A stretch of DNA of 64,000 nt from the NCBI GenBank assembly GCA_022813865.1, contig JALDZX010000028.1, positions 62,001-126,000 on the forward strand, in the 5' to 3' direction. Position 1 is the stretch's first letter. Each line of letters opens with the position of its first letter. The notes beneath the pieces were generated by a model. That model made no database searches and had not been told where the DNA came from. It was given only the letters and a program-made list of their open reading frames with translations. Shown piece by piece: positions 26,522 through 39,700 of this stretch. A program made the position numbers and the translations under genes. Origin of the DNA: Xylographa opegraphella. Taxonomy: Eukaryota.

Positions 26522-29500
26522 CTATATTCGCATCTTGTCCAGGAGCAGTTTGTACTCTTTCCTTTTCTTACTTCGTTGAGGCCAGATCCAGTCATGCATA
26601 TTTCCAGCTGCCTTAGCTATCCGCGGGAAGACATGTCTCTCGCCAATCCAAGCGCAGAAGAATCCCCCCGTAGCTAAAACGAGAATGAAAATTTTGAAAT
26701 TGGTTGACAGAAACGTTAGTTGCATAAAATCTGCAAAGCCAGCACCAGGATCTAATAGCATATAGGCGGAGAACAATAATGTGACAACAATAGTTACAAC
26801 GAATGGCACTGCGTATTGTTAGCCATTTCTCCCATTGGTCATGTGATCCTTACAGTTTTGGGTCATTGATCGTCTGAACGGTGGTCCACTGCTGAGTACG
26901 ATACCAGATAAGATATACTGAAAGCACGAGACCAGGAAAAGAGTTGTGTTCTGAGAATTTGCAATATTCGATTTATCTCTGTTGAGAACAGGAGGAATAT
27001 ACCTACAAGATACATCAGTCAACTCTATTTTAGAGGTCGGCGGCCCGGGGCAACACCACCATGTTTGCTGCTGGACGATCTTGTATCCGATGAACTGAAT
27101 CGCTATACATATTAGGACTTGGCCCAGTAGAGGAGTTAACACCTTTCGCGAGACAAGACTAGCTGTAGGCCTTTTCCGAGAGAGTATAGGGAAAGCCCCT
27201 GTCCAGCCCACTGTTGTTTTGTTAAGCATATTGTTACTTGGTGGTGAGGAACGGCTCACTGAAGATGGCGATCGGCAGGATCAAGAGCAGATCTATAAAC
27301 AAGAACTATACGAGTCAGCACACGGACCAATCCTATGAGGGGATGGTAGTGCAAACCTGAAAGTCCCCGAGGTTGGATGCTGATGCATAGAGGAAGCTCA
27401 CAGAGGTGAATTGGATAGCAGAGTAGAGACTCATATACTTGAAACAGCAGAAGCTTGTGACTAAGGCTGCTCGACCCTCCCTAAGTAGAACATAAGCACT
27501 GGGCACAGGATTGTAATCAAGGATACGTACCGTATGACCTCAGGAACACATGTTATGTCAAAGATGCGGCTTGTGAATGGAGCTGCTACAGAGGCTTCAG
27601 CTTCGGAAAGAGATATTCCCACATCAGCTCCTTTTAGGGCACCGCAATCGTTGGCCCCGTCTCCGCAAAACCCACAGCAATAGTCAATGCTCTGGAGCTT
27701 TTCTACAAGCTCATGCTTCTCATCGGGCGACATTCGTGCAAAGACCTGACCGCATGCCAGCATCTGATAAAGTATCAGTAAACGGTGGATCAGTGAAGTC
27801 GATTTTTGCCTACTCTCTTTAATGTCTCCTCACCACCATATTCTACTACCCAGCGGAATACATCGCCACTAACTGCAAGGTTATAGTTTCGCAGATTTGT
27901 GACGTCGTGTGGTAGTGATGCATCGCCTTCAGCCGGTGGTGGGAGGGGCTATAATTGTTAGCTCAAACATCAAGGTACGGAAGGGTAGGAGCTTCACCAT
28001 CAAGGTCTGCTCATCCAGTTCGTAAATTGGATTATCAACGCTTTCCCATGTTAGACGAGCATGTGGATCTTGGCTCGTGCCTGCACAATGTTAGAAGTAG
28101 AAGCGAGCACTGTAATGGGTCTCCCCTGGCTTTACCTTGCACAAAATGTGGCACGAAGCAATGAGCAGTCCGATCAATCAAATGACACTCCCGCGCTACG
28201 CTGATAGCTGTGAGAATATTGTCACCTGTACACATGACGTTACGAATGCCTGCTTCATTGAGCTCATCGATCACCCCTGTCGTATTTGGCTTCAGCTTAT
28301 TCTCGAAAATAATAAATCCCACAAACGAAAGATCTGATTCAGCCTCCTCCCGCCTCATCTTCTGCACTTTCAACCAGTTGAGTTTAGCTATATGTTTCGT
28401 AGCACAAGCGATTACACGAAAGCCGCGATGTGTGTAATAATTTAGCAGTTCTTCGTAATCCACCGGAACTATATGCAGTTGCTGATGTCAGTTAAAGGCG
28501 CGAGGCGACCAGGTCAAGCTGATACTCACACGTATTCGGATTGCAAATCTCCTTCATACATTCCGGAGCACCTTTAACATATATGTCTCCTCCTGGAGCA
28601 CCGAATTGTCTTACCACCACGCTTGCTCTACGGAGTTGCGAGACGAACTCAAAGGACTTGAGCGTACCAAGCTCAATTGGATTGTTCTTTTCTCGCGTAA
28701 GAACGACATTGTGTATGGGAATTGGTTTATTACTCACGATAGTAGGTTCGTCCATCTCTTCAAGATCGTATTGCATCCCAGCGGGAGGTCTCGCTACTGA
28801 TGGAGAGAGCTTATTTTGCTCTTCCTCATCCAATGCAGCCGTTTTCTGCCCACCCTCTTCATAAGACCATCGAGTAAAGTCAAACATCTTAAAGTCAAGC
28901 GGATCCCCTACAAGATTATCATCTACAAGTCGGAGTGAATGACATGTTGCCATAGTGTACATTGCAGCTTTATGAACCTCGTAATCGATGGTAGGATCGC
29001 GATCGCTAGCACCTGGAAGAACAGCAGAAGCGTCCGTCAGTAAATCACTGAACCTCATTGCTGGTTGGTGTACAAGGCGTACGCCGAGCACGTCAAGGCC
29101 ATCCTCGGTCAAAGTTCCTGTTTTATCAAAGCACATTAGGTCTATCTTTCCTCCCACGTTAACTCTCTGAGGGCTGATGCAGAATATCGATTTTTTCTTC
29201 AGTCTGTTGAGTGCGAAATTTGTGCCGATAGTCAAAGTAGCTGGGAGAGCGGGCGGCACAACGATAGTAATGAGATCTAAAGCGCGAATGATGATAAGAT
29301 GCCAAGCTAATTGGAGACGGATGAAGTTGATGAAGGATGCAATGAATCCTATACCAGCAACTCCTGCCATAACCGATATGTAGCGGAATGAATCCCTGTA
29401 GAATTTGAACCCTGACGGCTTAGGAAACAGCATTGAACGGACCAAGGCACCTTTCGTGGTATTGAAGCCGGTCCGTACTACGATTGCAAGAGCAACAGCT

Positions 29501-31217
29501 TCTTCATCCTCGCCGTCTTGAGGACGTCGTGCCCGAATAATTTTTGTACCACTGAACAAGAAATGTTTGGCCACATCAGGGTGTATAGAACTAGCACCAA
29601 GGTCCAGCAACGGGAGAGATTCATCAGTAGCAGGAATTTTTGATACTGGAATAGACTCTCCCGTGAGCATACTCTCATTAACGATACAATCTCCAGCAAG
29701 CAACAGGCTGTCACAAGGAAACTGCGTCAGAACTGGGTCTGAGACTTCGTATACATCGCCCGGTACCATTTCGCTGCTCGGAACGGTACGCCAAAAGCCG
29801 TTCCGCAAGACTCTCGCATCGCACTCAAATCGAGAAATTTCCCGTAGGCGTTTCATCGTAGCTCTAGTCTCTAGTAGAGTTGTTGTAATACTGACGACTG
29901 ATATCAGGAAGATGCAAGCGGCATAGTAATAGTACTCATCAAGGGACCACAAAACCAAGCTGGCTACTTGAAAGACGTAGAACGGATGGAAAGCCTCATC
30001 AAAAAGAAGCTGTGCGATCGATTTCTGTTGTATGTCGATCAAATTCTTGCCAAAAACTTGCGCTCTTCGCTGCCTTTCATCGCTCTCTAAACCACTTCTA
30101 ATAGACTTGACATCTTTCCATGCTGAATCCTTGAAGTTGTTGTCAAGCACAAATTTGCCTTTGAGCGGATGGAATACGAATCTGATATATCGATAGTCCA
30201 AGAAACGAAGCTGAGGTATTGTTGGGTCGTCTTCTTCGTCATATTCTCGAAATTTTCCCAGGCCTTGAGGACCAAACACAGTAGATAGCGCATGTCCATA
30301 CTGCTCTACCACAACGTTCTGTACAGTAAATTCTCCCCATTGATTCTGAAGACCGTTAACACTGACAGAAAGACAGAGCCCACCAATACAAGGCCATGGC
30401 AGGAGCATACCTCTACAACAATCCAAGAGCATTCGTTCAACGACTTAGGCGATCCAATCAGACGGACTTTCCATGTTGGAAGCCATCGAAGGAGGAGATA
30501 TCCGAGACCCAATGAAACCAAACACAGGCATAAGTAGACGGAAAACCCGAAAGGGCTGGTAGAAAATCCAGCAAGAACAACAGTAAGATCCTCGGTGAGT
30601 ATATATATTTTCTGGGTAGTTCGCCCACCTCGTCCAGATCCACTAACATCGGTTTTTGCTGAGTCGCGGCGCTGGAGAAGGGGGTCTTCAACCGACAAGC
30701 GAGAAAACGTCGATGATTTACGTCTTCTGGGTGATGTTGGGCCTGATTCGAGATCTCCATTGACGTCATCCGTTGAACAATATTCCTCATCGCTGTGATC
30801 TATGATTGCTTGATCGTCTGGCCATGGAGACGACTCGGAGGACTCCTCATTATCCTCAAAGTATGTAAAGCTAGCAGTTGAGTCTGCTCTACTTCGTCGA
30901 TGTGCAAAACCAGTAGTGCTTGACGGTACGCTTTCTGACATTGGCCCTGCAAAGACCTGAAGGATTTAGCAATTCCACCCCGAGATATGCATAAACTAGG
31001 GAATTACCTCATCATGAGCCATTTCAACATTAGATACAAAGCTAGCACTAGGTAGAAGTCAGACATGAGATGAAGCTTCAGATTGCGGGATACTAAACGC
31101 GCTCATGTTTGAATCTCGCCTGTAGAGCTGTACACTGCGACGGATATAGCTGGGAACAGAATTCTCGGATGTGCCATGGCGTACCAGACCTTGTGGTCGG
31201 GGGCATGTGCCGTTCAT
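26522..31217 (-). CDS. YPK9: P5B-type ATPase (Ypk9/ATP13A2-like), about 14 exons
   Basis: HPFYVFQ, LTGES, VPPALP (P5B signature), [42 protein letters not shown]. The start at 31217 is inferred through two short 5' exons. Confidence 0.9.
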
Positions 31218-31771
31218 GTTTATTCGAGTATGTGATCTCGCTTTATAGGAAATAATCCCAGCTTGGATTGTGGCCTTAATAGATTTTGCACACGATCAAA
31301 ATAGACCATATCAGATCACCTCTGATACGCCATGTATAATGTCCAACACACCAATTTTGATTCTACCGTATACAGGGCTTACAACATATGTATGGATGAC
31401 AGATGAAAGGAGACTTGCGACTATTTCGTGTTCACTATTAAACGACAGCGATACATCTTTTACTGAAGCACAAATACCGTACAACAGATGTCAGCAAAAT
31501 AAATCAATATCAATTTTGGTCAGGGACAGAAATGAGGAAGCAGAGCTTTATGAAAAGGACTAATACAATATCAGTTGCAAGGTACTTTAGAGCGTTTTGG
31601 CGGTTTGCTCTGGGAATTCGATGTCACCGGGTAGCTCTTCAAGCCCCCACTAGGTTTTCACCCAACAACTCAGCGCTACAAACGTTTGCCTTTCTACCTT
31701 GACTCTCCTCTAATCTAGGTACGCTACTTCCCCAATACGTATATCGTTACAACTCCATACAAGGAGACGAG

Positions 31772-33241
31772 ATGTCGGAACCTATTAGAAACAAGAAGCT
31801 GGACATGACCGCTCCGTAAGCACTCCGCCGTTGAGAAAATATTCATATCAAGTCCCCATCTGCTGACTTTTCATAGAACACCTCAAAACACTCCTGCCAA
31901 TAACGCTCCCATTTCTTCTCATGCTCAACAGCCTGGAGTAGCTAGTATCAAGGAAGGTCAGTGCTGCGCATCGGTTGTGCTGCTGAGCACTGTCAAACTG
32001 AACTTATCGAATCTGATGAATTGTGTTCATAGAGGACCTTGATCGTGTTGGTGCGGCTTCCATCTTTGCACAAAACCCAAAGCTAGTATCCATGATCCAA
32101 GGCAAGCTAGGTTCGCTAGTTGGGAAATCATCAGGCTATATCGAGGCATTACCGGCACCCGTGCGTCGACGTGTCGCTGGCTTAAAAGGAGTGCAGAAAG
32201 AGCACACCAAGCTTGAAGGCGAGTTCCAAGAAGAGGTACTGCAACTTGAGAAGAAATACTTTGCGAAATTCAGTCCTCTATACGAGAAACGTGCGAAGAT
32301 CATCAATGGAATTGCAGAGCCTACGGACGAAGAAGTTAAAGCCGGAGAGTCCGAAGATGAAGAGGATGACGACGATGGCGAAGCTGGAGCCAAGTCATCA
32401 GCTCCCAATGATAGTGCTGCCAATGAAAATGTCTCAGGGATCCCCGAGTTCTGGCTTTCTGCAATGAAAAACCAGATCTCCTTGGCCGAGCTGATCACTG
32501 ATCGTGATGAAGTTGCGTTGAAATCTCTCACTGACATCCGCATGGAGTATCTTGAACGACCAGGATTCCGTTTGATTTTCGAATTTGCGCCGAACGAGTT
32601 CTTCACAAATAAAGTAATCACCAAGACCTATTTCTACCAAGAGGAGAGTGGATATGGCGGTGACTTTATCTACGATCATGCTGAGGGAGACAAGATCGAT
32701 TGGCTTCCAAACCAAGATCTTACAGTCAAAATCGAGAGCAAAAAGCAACGTAATAAAAGTCAGTGGCACAAAATATAACCATTTGCGGCATTCGCTAATT
32801 CTATCATAGACACAAAGCAAACTAGAGTAGTCAAAAAGACCGTTCCCACGGATTCGTTCTTCAACTTTTTCAATCCTCCTTCGGCGCCAAAAGATGACGA
32901 TGACGATGATGCGGACGCTACTTCTGATATTGAGGAACGTCTGGAGCTTGATTATCAGTTAGGAGAAGATATCAAGGAGAAGTTGATTCCGCGTGCAGTC
33001 GATTGGTTCACAGGTGAAGCGCTACGCTACGAAGAACTCGATGATGAGCTCGAGGAGGGTGATTTTGAGGACGAGGACGATGACGAGGAGGATGATCTAA
33101 GCGATGATCGTGATGAAGACGACGAATCGGAAGACGAGGTTTGTGGAGACCTCCAATTGAAATCTGACATATACGCTAATTCCCCTCAAGGATGATGCGT
33201 CAAAGCCAAAGCAAGAGACAGCAGAGTGCAAGCAGAGTTGA
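31772..33241 (+). CDS. NAP1: Nucleosome assembly protein Nap1 (5 exons)
   Basis: [51 protein letters not shown], acidic tail, ends AECKQS*. Confidence 0.95.
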
Positions 33242-34216
33242 TGGTAGAGGCATTTTGATCTCATGCTTGTTGATAGTTGTCAGAAACTGGGCTCTTATCA
33301 TAATGTCCGTATCTCAATGATGCTTTCTTTGACCAATTATGATTGGTCTCGGTCACACTTGCACTAGATCGTTTGTTGTCTTGTCCAACTCCTCCCAGAG
33401 ACTGAGACATTATTTTACTTGCATGTCATCTTCATTTGTGGCTTGGCTAAATATGGACTGGCAGAAGGGTTGATATAATAAGACGCCGAGTGGTGAGAAG
33501 GGAACAGGTGACGACATAAGCATACCGCAGATGTGTATGGCTCCCCAAGATGGATTGTGTTTTGTCAGCCAGCGTGTGGTTCATCCTGGGAAATTAATGG
33601 CGTCCAATCGGAAATAATCTTAACAAAAAAATCCTCCACCTCGTACTACCGTCGTGTTCCCAAACCAAGGCCCTGCGGCTCCCATTCTCTTTAGAGCAAT
33701 GCCATTGGGTCTATAGTGATTGCTATCACTGAGGAATTTTGACAACGCAGCCGTCTTATGATACCCCCCTTGGTCAACGTATCTTACCGAATGACAAAGC
33801 TGTGCTTACAATCCTAGCAATAAATGATACTCGTAGTTGTGTTTATCGCGCATATTTGCCAACGCGTGAATACCATTATGTCTAATCTACTCTACTACGA
33901 TCCTGTATATGGGTATTGTAAACCGTTTTGAACAAAGCCTGGGGTGGTGATTTGTAGATTTTGATGACCACTGAAGGGAAAATAAAGTCCTTACAGATTT
34001 CCCTTTTGCAGGCCAATCACGCTATGTTACAATCACGCCATCTTCCAGCATCATTCGTGAAAAATCCTTTTGTAATGACCGAGTTGACTCCGCATCTAAA
34101 TAAAGTTCGGAGACAAAGACAAAATTCGTTATTTACCGTCGCTTCTTGCTGTTAGCTAGAAATACAAGACATAAACTGGGGTGGCCGAAGGCTTTGAGAA
34201 GAAATCAAACACTACG

Positions 34217-35918
34217 ATGGAGGCTATCCCAAAGGACATATCGCCAAAGCGAGATGGCTTGTCTTTAGCAGTATCTAACAGCCTGAGTCTCTCCACCTCT
34301 CCAAATGCCATATTTCAATCCTCGTATCAATCGCCAACCTCCAGCTTCGGAGGCTTACGGCTGGCAAGGGCATCCACTGGTGCATTTCCGAAGCAACTGA
34401 AGCCATTTGCAACAGAGGATATCAAAATTCTCCTCCTTGAGAATGTGAATCAGACTGGCAGAGACAATTTGACCAGTCAGGGATATCAAGTAGATTTTCA
34501 CAAATCCTCCCTTCCTGAGGACGAGCTGATAGCCAAAATACGGTGGGATACCTCATTCTGCGCTTCGTCAATAGCTGCTCATTCTTACCACGGTCTAATG
34601 TCTTCACATTAGTGATGTGCACGTTATTGGCATTCGTTCTAAGACCAAACTCACTGCCAGAGTACTAAGAGAAGCCAAGAATCTTATAGTCATTGGCTGC
34701 TTCTGTATTGGGACAAACCAAGTTGATCTACAGTACGCAGCTCAACATGGCATCGCTGTGTTCAACAGCCCTTTCAGTAATTCTCGGAGTGTTGCAGAAC
34801 TTATCGTCGGAGAGGTTATTTCTTTGGCAAGGCAACTTGGTGATCGGTCGAACGAGTTGCATAAAGGAACGTGGAACAAAGTTAGCAATGGTTGCTGGGA
34901 GATCCGAGGGAAGACTTTAGGTAATCAGCTATATGAAGATTTCTAGCGGAAGTGTCTAATGCTAGGCATAGGTATCATAGGCTATGGCCATATAGGGTCT
35001 CAGCTCTCCGTGCTCGCGGAGGCTATGGGGATGTCTGTCATTTACTATGATGCTGTCAACTTGATGGCCCTAGGCTCTGCCCGCCAAGTTCCAACTCTTG
35101 CAGCACTTCTCAACCACGCGGACTTCGTTACTTGTCATGTACCGGAACTTCCAGAGACTAAAAACATGATCGGACCCCAGCAGTTGGATCAGATGAAGAA
35201 GGGGAGTTACCTAATCAACGCAAGTCGTGGTAGCGTTGTCGACATTCCATCACTGATCGATGCAATGCGGTCTGGTAAGATTGCAGGTGCTGCGCTTGAC
35301 GTATATCCATCAGAGCCGGGTGGAAACGGCGATTACTTCACAAACGACTTGAACCCTTGGGCGGAAGATCTCCGGAGCCTTAAGAACATAATACTTACTC
35401 CACATATTGGCGGTAGTACTGAAGAAGCGCAAAGTGCTATTGGCGTAGAAGTTAGCGAAGCTCTCGTTCGCTATGTCAACGAAGGTACTACACTGGGCTG
35501 TGTCAACATGCCGGAAGTGAACTTACGTTCCTTGACTATGGACGAGCCTAATCATGTGCGAGTCATCTTCATCCATCACAACGTCCCCGGCGTGTTGAGA
35601 AAAGGTTATACTACTCTTCTCATAGTCTTGATGGGGATACTAATTGCTCATAGTCAATGAGGTACTCGGTAATCACAATGTTGATAAACAGATGACCGAC
35701 AGTCGAGGAGACGTAAGATTCCGCCAGTTTTCCTTTTCAAATACACGCTGAATTAAACTAGGTCGCCTATCTTATGGCTGATATTTCCAACGTGAACCAA
35801 AGTGAGATAAAGGAGTTGTACGAGAGCCTGGAGAGTCTGAGCTGTTAGTCTCATTGTATTTATCGTAATATTTTCGCTAATTTATACAGCTCGTATCATG
35901 ACACGGGTACTTTATTAG
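34217..35918 (+). CDS. SER3: D-3-phosphoglycerate dehydrogenase (6 exons)
   Basis: LKPFATEDIKILLLENV, IGIRSKT, GCFCIGTNQVDL, PFSNSRSVAEL, GIIGYGHIG, TPHIGGSTEEAQ, ACT domain ending RIMTRVLY*. Confidence 0.96.
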
Positions 35919-36701
35919 CCAAGCTGGTGTCTGCTTCTCGTTGCAGCATAGGAGGTCGTGTTCGGGCGGTATTCTCAACATACCGCGTGTGATGTTCCGA
36001 ACAATGCTGAGATCCTTTGTGGGAGTGAGCAGTTTTAGCTCTCATATACTTTGTATCAACACAAAAATAATGCGAACATAAAAGCAGGTAGCGCTGGAAG
36101 GAATCGGTCAAGATGATCATGAGGTTGCCAGAATCGTAGCACAGAAGGGAGCGGTTAATTCAACATACAAAGGCATTGCTTTCAAAAGCAAGTATATTGA
36201 GGCTATTTTCATAGCCACGGTATTAGATCTGTGCGGAGTTTGATTGTCACATTATTCTTCATATGTATGTCCCCATTCACGTGCTTCGTGAATTGTAGTA
36301 AAGTGATTGGGAGTGATTTGGCAAGGCACCCAAAACTACCTAACCTAAGGTACGGCAAGGTACACACGTACCTTACCTTGACATCCCGGTTAATGGACCT
36401 CTTAGCGCCAAGCACGTGGGATGATTTTCAGGGGTAACGGTGCGCTAGAACAATGATCCGCGTGTCATGCAACTTTACGGAGTTCTGGGAGAGATACACG
36501 TTCTTTGATAACCCTTGCCGTCGCCCTCATGTCACGTCAACACGTTCCATGAGCATGTCCCTCTAGCACTTTTGCCCTGGAGAGAACTCCTGGCTGCTCA
36601 CATCTCGTATCGTCCAATCCTTCTATCCTCATATTGCGCTGACAACACCATCTCTTTGATCTGGCCTCCGATTGAGGCACGTTTCTGAGTTAGGACGATC
36701 C

Positions 36702-39700
36702 ATGGCCCACAACTACGATGTCGGAACACGAGCATGGCAACCCGATCCTACAGAGGGATGGGTTGCCTCCCGGGTCGAAGAGAAGCAAATACAAGGGGAT
36801 AAAGTCAGGATAGTATTTGAGCTGGAGAATGGCGAGGTAAAATGAACGATTCCGTGCTTCCCACCTTGTAGAAGGCTGACCATAGATTTGATGCAGACCA
36901 GAGTCCTTGAAACCAGTCTGGCGGTCCTGCACTCTGAGAATAACGATACCCTTCCACCTTTAATGAACCCGACTATACTGGAAGCGTCAGACGATCTCAC
37001 AAACCTCTCGCATCTGAATGAACCGGCAGGCATGTTTCTCACATTACACTGGCTATTTATCGGTGTGCTAATAATCACAAAGTCCTACAAGCCATAAAAC
37101 TACGATACTTGCAGAAGGAGATTTACACTTACAGCGGAATTGTTCTGATAGCAACAAATCCGTTCGCAAGAGTAGACTCGCTTTATGTTCCTGGTATGGT
37201 ACAAGTATATGCAGGAAAACCGAGAGCATCACAAGCCCCGCACTTGTTCGCAATTGCGGAAGAAGCTTTTACGTAAGTACTGAAGCTCTCCCACAGGAAT
37301 TACTTTAACACTCGAAAGGGACATGATGCGGGATAAACACAATCAGACCATCGTGGTATCAGGTGAGTCTGGAGCCGGGAAAACTGTAAGCGCAAAATAC
37401 ATCATGAGATACTTCGCAACCCGAGAGTCCCCCGATCAACCTGGAAAACGTGCGAAAGGGATTGCAGATGCCATGAGCGAAACCGAGGAACAGATTTTGG
37501 CAACAAATCCAGTGATGGAAGCGTTTGGTAATGCAAAGACCACCAGGAATGACAATTCCTCACGATTTGGTAAATATATTGAGATCATGTTCGACAAGAG
37601 GACGGAGATCATAGGGGCAAAGATCCGAACATACCTTCTTGAGCGATCACGACTTGTTTTTCAACCTCTCAAAGAGCGGAATTATCACATCTTCTACCAG
37701 CTTGTGGCAGGCGCGACACCTGCCGAACGAGAGGACTTAGGACTGATACCTGTTGAGCAATTTGATTATCTCAATCAAGGTGGGTCACCCGACATCGAAG
37801 GAGTGGATGACAAGGCCGAATTCGACGCCACAAGGCAGTCCCTGAGTACGATAGGAGTTAGTACAAAGCAGCAAGCTGAAATATTCCGTCTCCTTGCCGC
37901 TCTACTGCATATAGGAAATGTAAAGATCACGGCCACACGGACGGATTCAGCGCTACCGTCCAATGAACCCTCACTTATCAAGGCCTGCCACCTTCTGGGT
38001 GTTGACCCGAACGAGTTTGCGAAATGGACGGTGAAGAAGCAACTGATTACCCGCGGAGAAAGGATTATTTCAAACTTAACACCGCAGCAAGCGCTCGTTG
38101 TCAGAGATTCCGTTGCCAAGTACATATACTCCAGCTTGTTTGACTGGCTTGTTGAGACTATCAACCACGGCCTGGCCACTGATGAGGTGCTCAGCCAAGC
38201 CGCTTCATTCATCGGCGTCCTCGACATTTACGGTTTTGAACACTTTGCCAAAAACTCGTTCGAGCAATTCTGCATCAATTATGCCAATGAAAAACTGCAA
38301 CAAGAATTCAATCAGCATGTTTTCAAGCTTGAACAAGAAGAGTACGTACGCGAGGAAATAGACTGGACCTTTATCAATTTCTCAGACAATCAGCCTTGTA
38401 TCGACCTCATTGAAGGCAAACTTGGAATTCTTTCTCTCCTGGATGAAGAATCCCGATTACCTATGGGTTCTGATGAACAATTTGTGACAAAACTCCATCA
38501 TAACTACGCTGCGGACAAGCAGAAATTTTACAAAAAGCCACGCTTCGGAAAATCCGCTTTCACGGTGTGTCATTATGCTACGGATGTGACATATGAGTCG
38601 GATGGGTTCATAGAAAAGAACAGGGACACGGTGCCTGATGAGCACATGGAAGTCCTACGTCTTACCACCAACTCGTTTCTTAAAGAAGTCCTTGAGGCAG
38701 CGGCGAATGTGCGAGAGAAAGACCTGGCAACAGCAGCAAATGCAAAAGCTGCGGCCGCGCCAGGACGAAGGATGGGCGTGGCAGCTAGCCGCAAGCCAAC
38801 ACTAGGAGGCATATTCAAATCGTCGTTGGTCGAGCTGATGCAGACCATCAACTCAACAGATGTACACTATATTCGATGCATCAAGCCAAACGAAGGTAAA
38901 GCTGCTTGGAAGTTTGAGGGACCTATGGTCTTAAGTCAATTGAGAGCATGTGGTGTACTCGAGACTGTAAGGATAAGTTGCGCCGGGTATCCCACCCGAT
39001 GGACGTATGAGGAGTTTGCTTTGCGTTACTACATGCTGGTACCTTCGAACCAATGGACATCAGAAATCCGGGACATGGCAAATACTATTCTCCAGAAAGC
39101 TCTTGGTCAGAGTACGGAGAGGGGTATCGACAAGTATCAACTCGGACTGACCAAGATATTCTTTCGAGCGGGTATGCTAGCTTTCCTAGAGAATCTGCGG
39201 ACGAAGAGACTCAACGAGTGCGCCATCATGATCCAGAAGAACCTGCGTTGTAAATATTATCGGAGGAAATATCTGGATGCTAGAAATTCAATTCTGATGT
39301 TCCAGGCCTGTGTTCGTGGGCATGACGCGAGGATGAGAGCGGAAGAAGTCCGAAAGATTAAAGCCGCAACGACGATTCAGACTCTGTGGCGAGGTCAAAA
39401 GGAAAGGCGGAAGTTTAACGGGATTCGACAGAACATTATTCTGCTCCACTCTGTAACGAAAGGCTTCCTATGCCGTAGAAACATAACTGAGACAAGGGTT
39501 CGAAACGCGGCTCAAGTTATTCAGAGGTCATGGCGGTCACGAAGGCAAATGCGATCTTGGAGGCAATACCGCAAGAAGATCGTGATTATCCAGAGCTTAT
39601 GGAGAGGCCTTACGGCGAGACGTGGTTACAAGGTAGTGCGGGCAGAAGCTCGCGATCTCAAGCAAATCTCATACAAGCTTGAAAACAAAGTAGTGGAATT

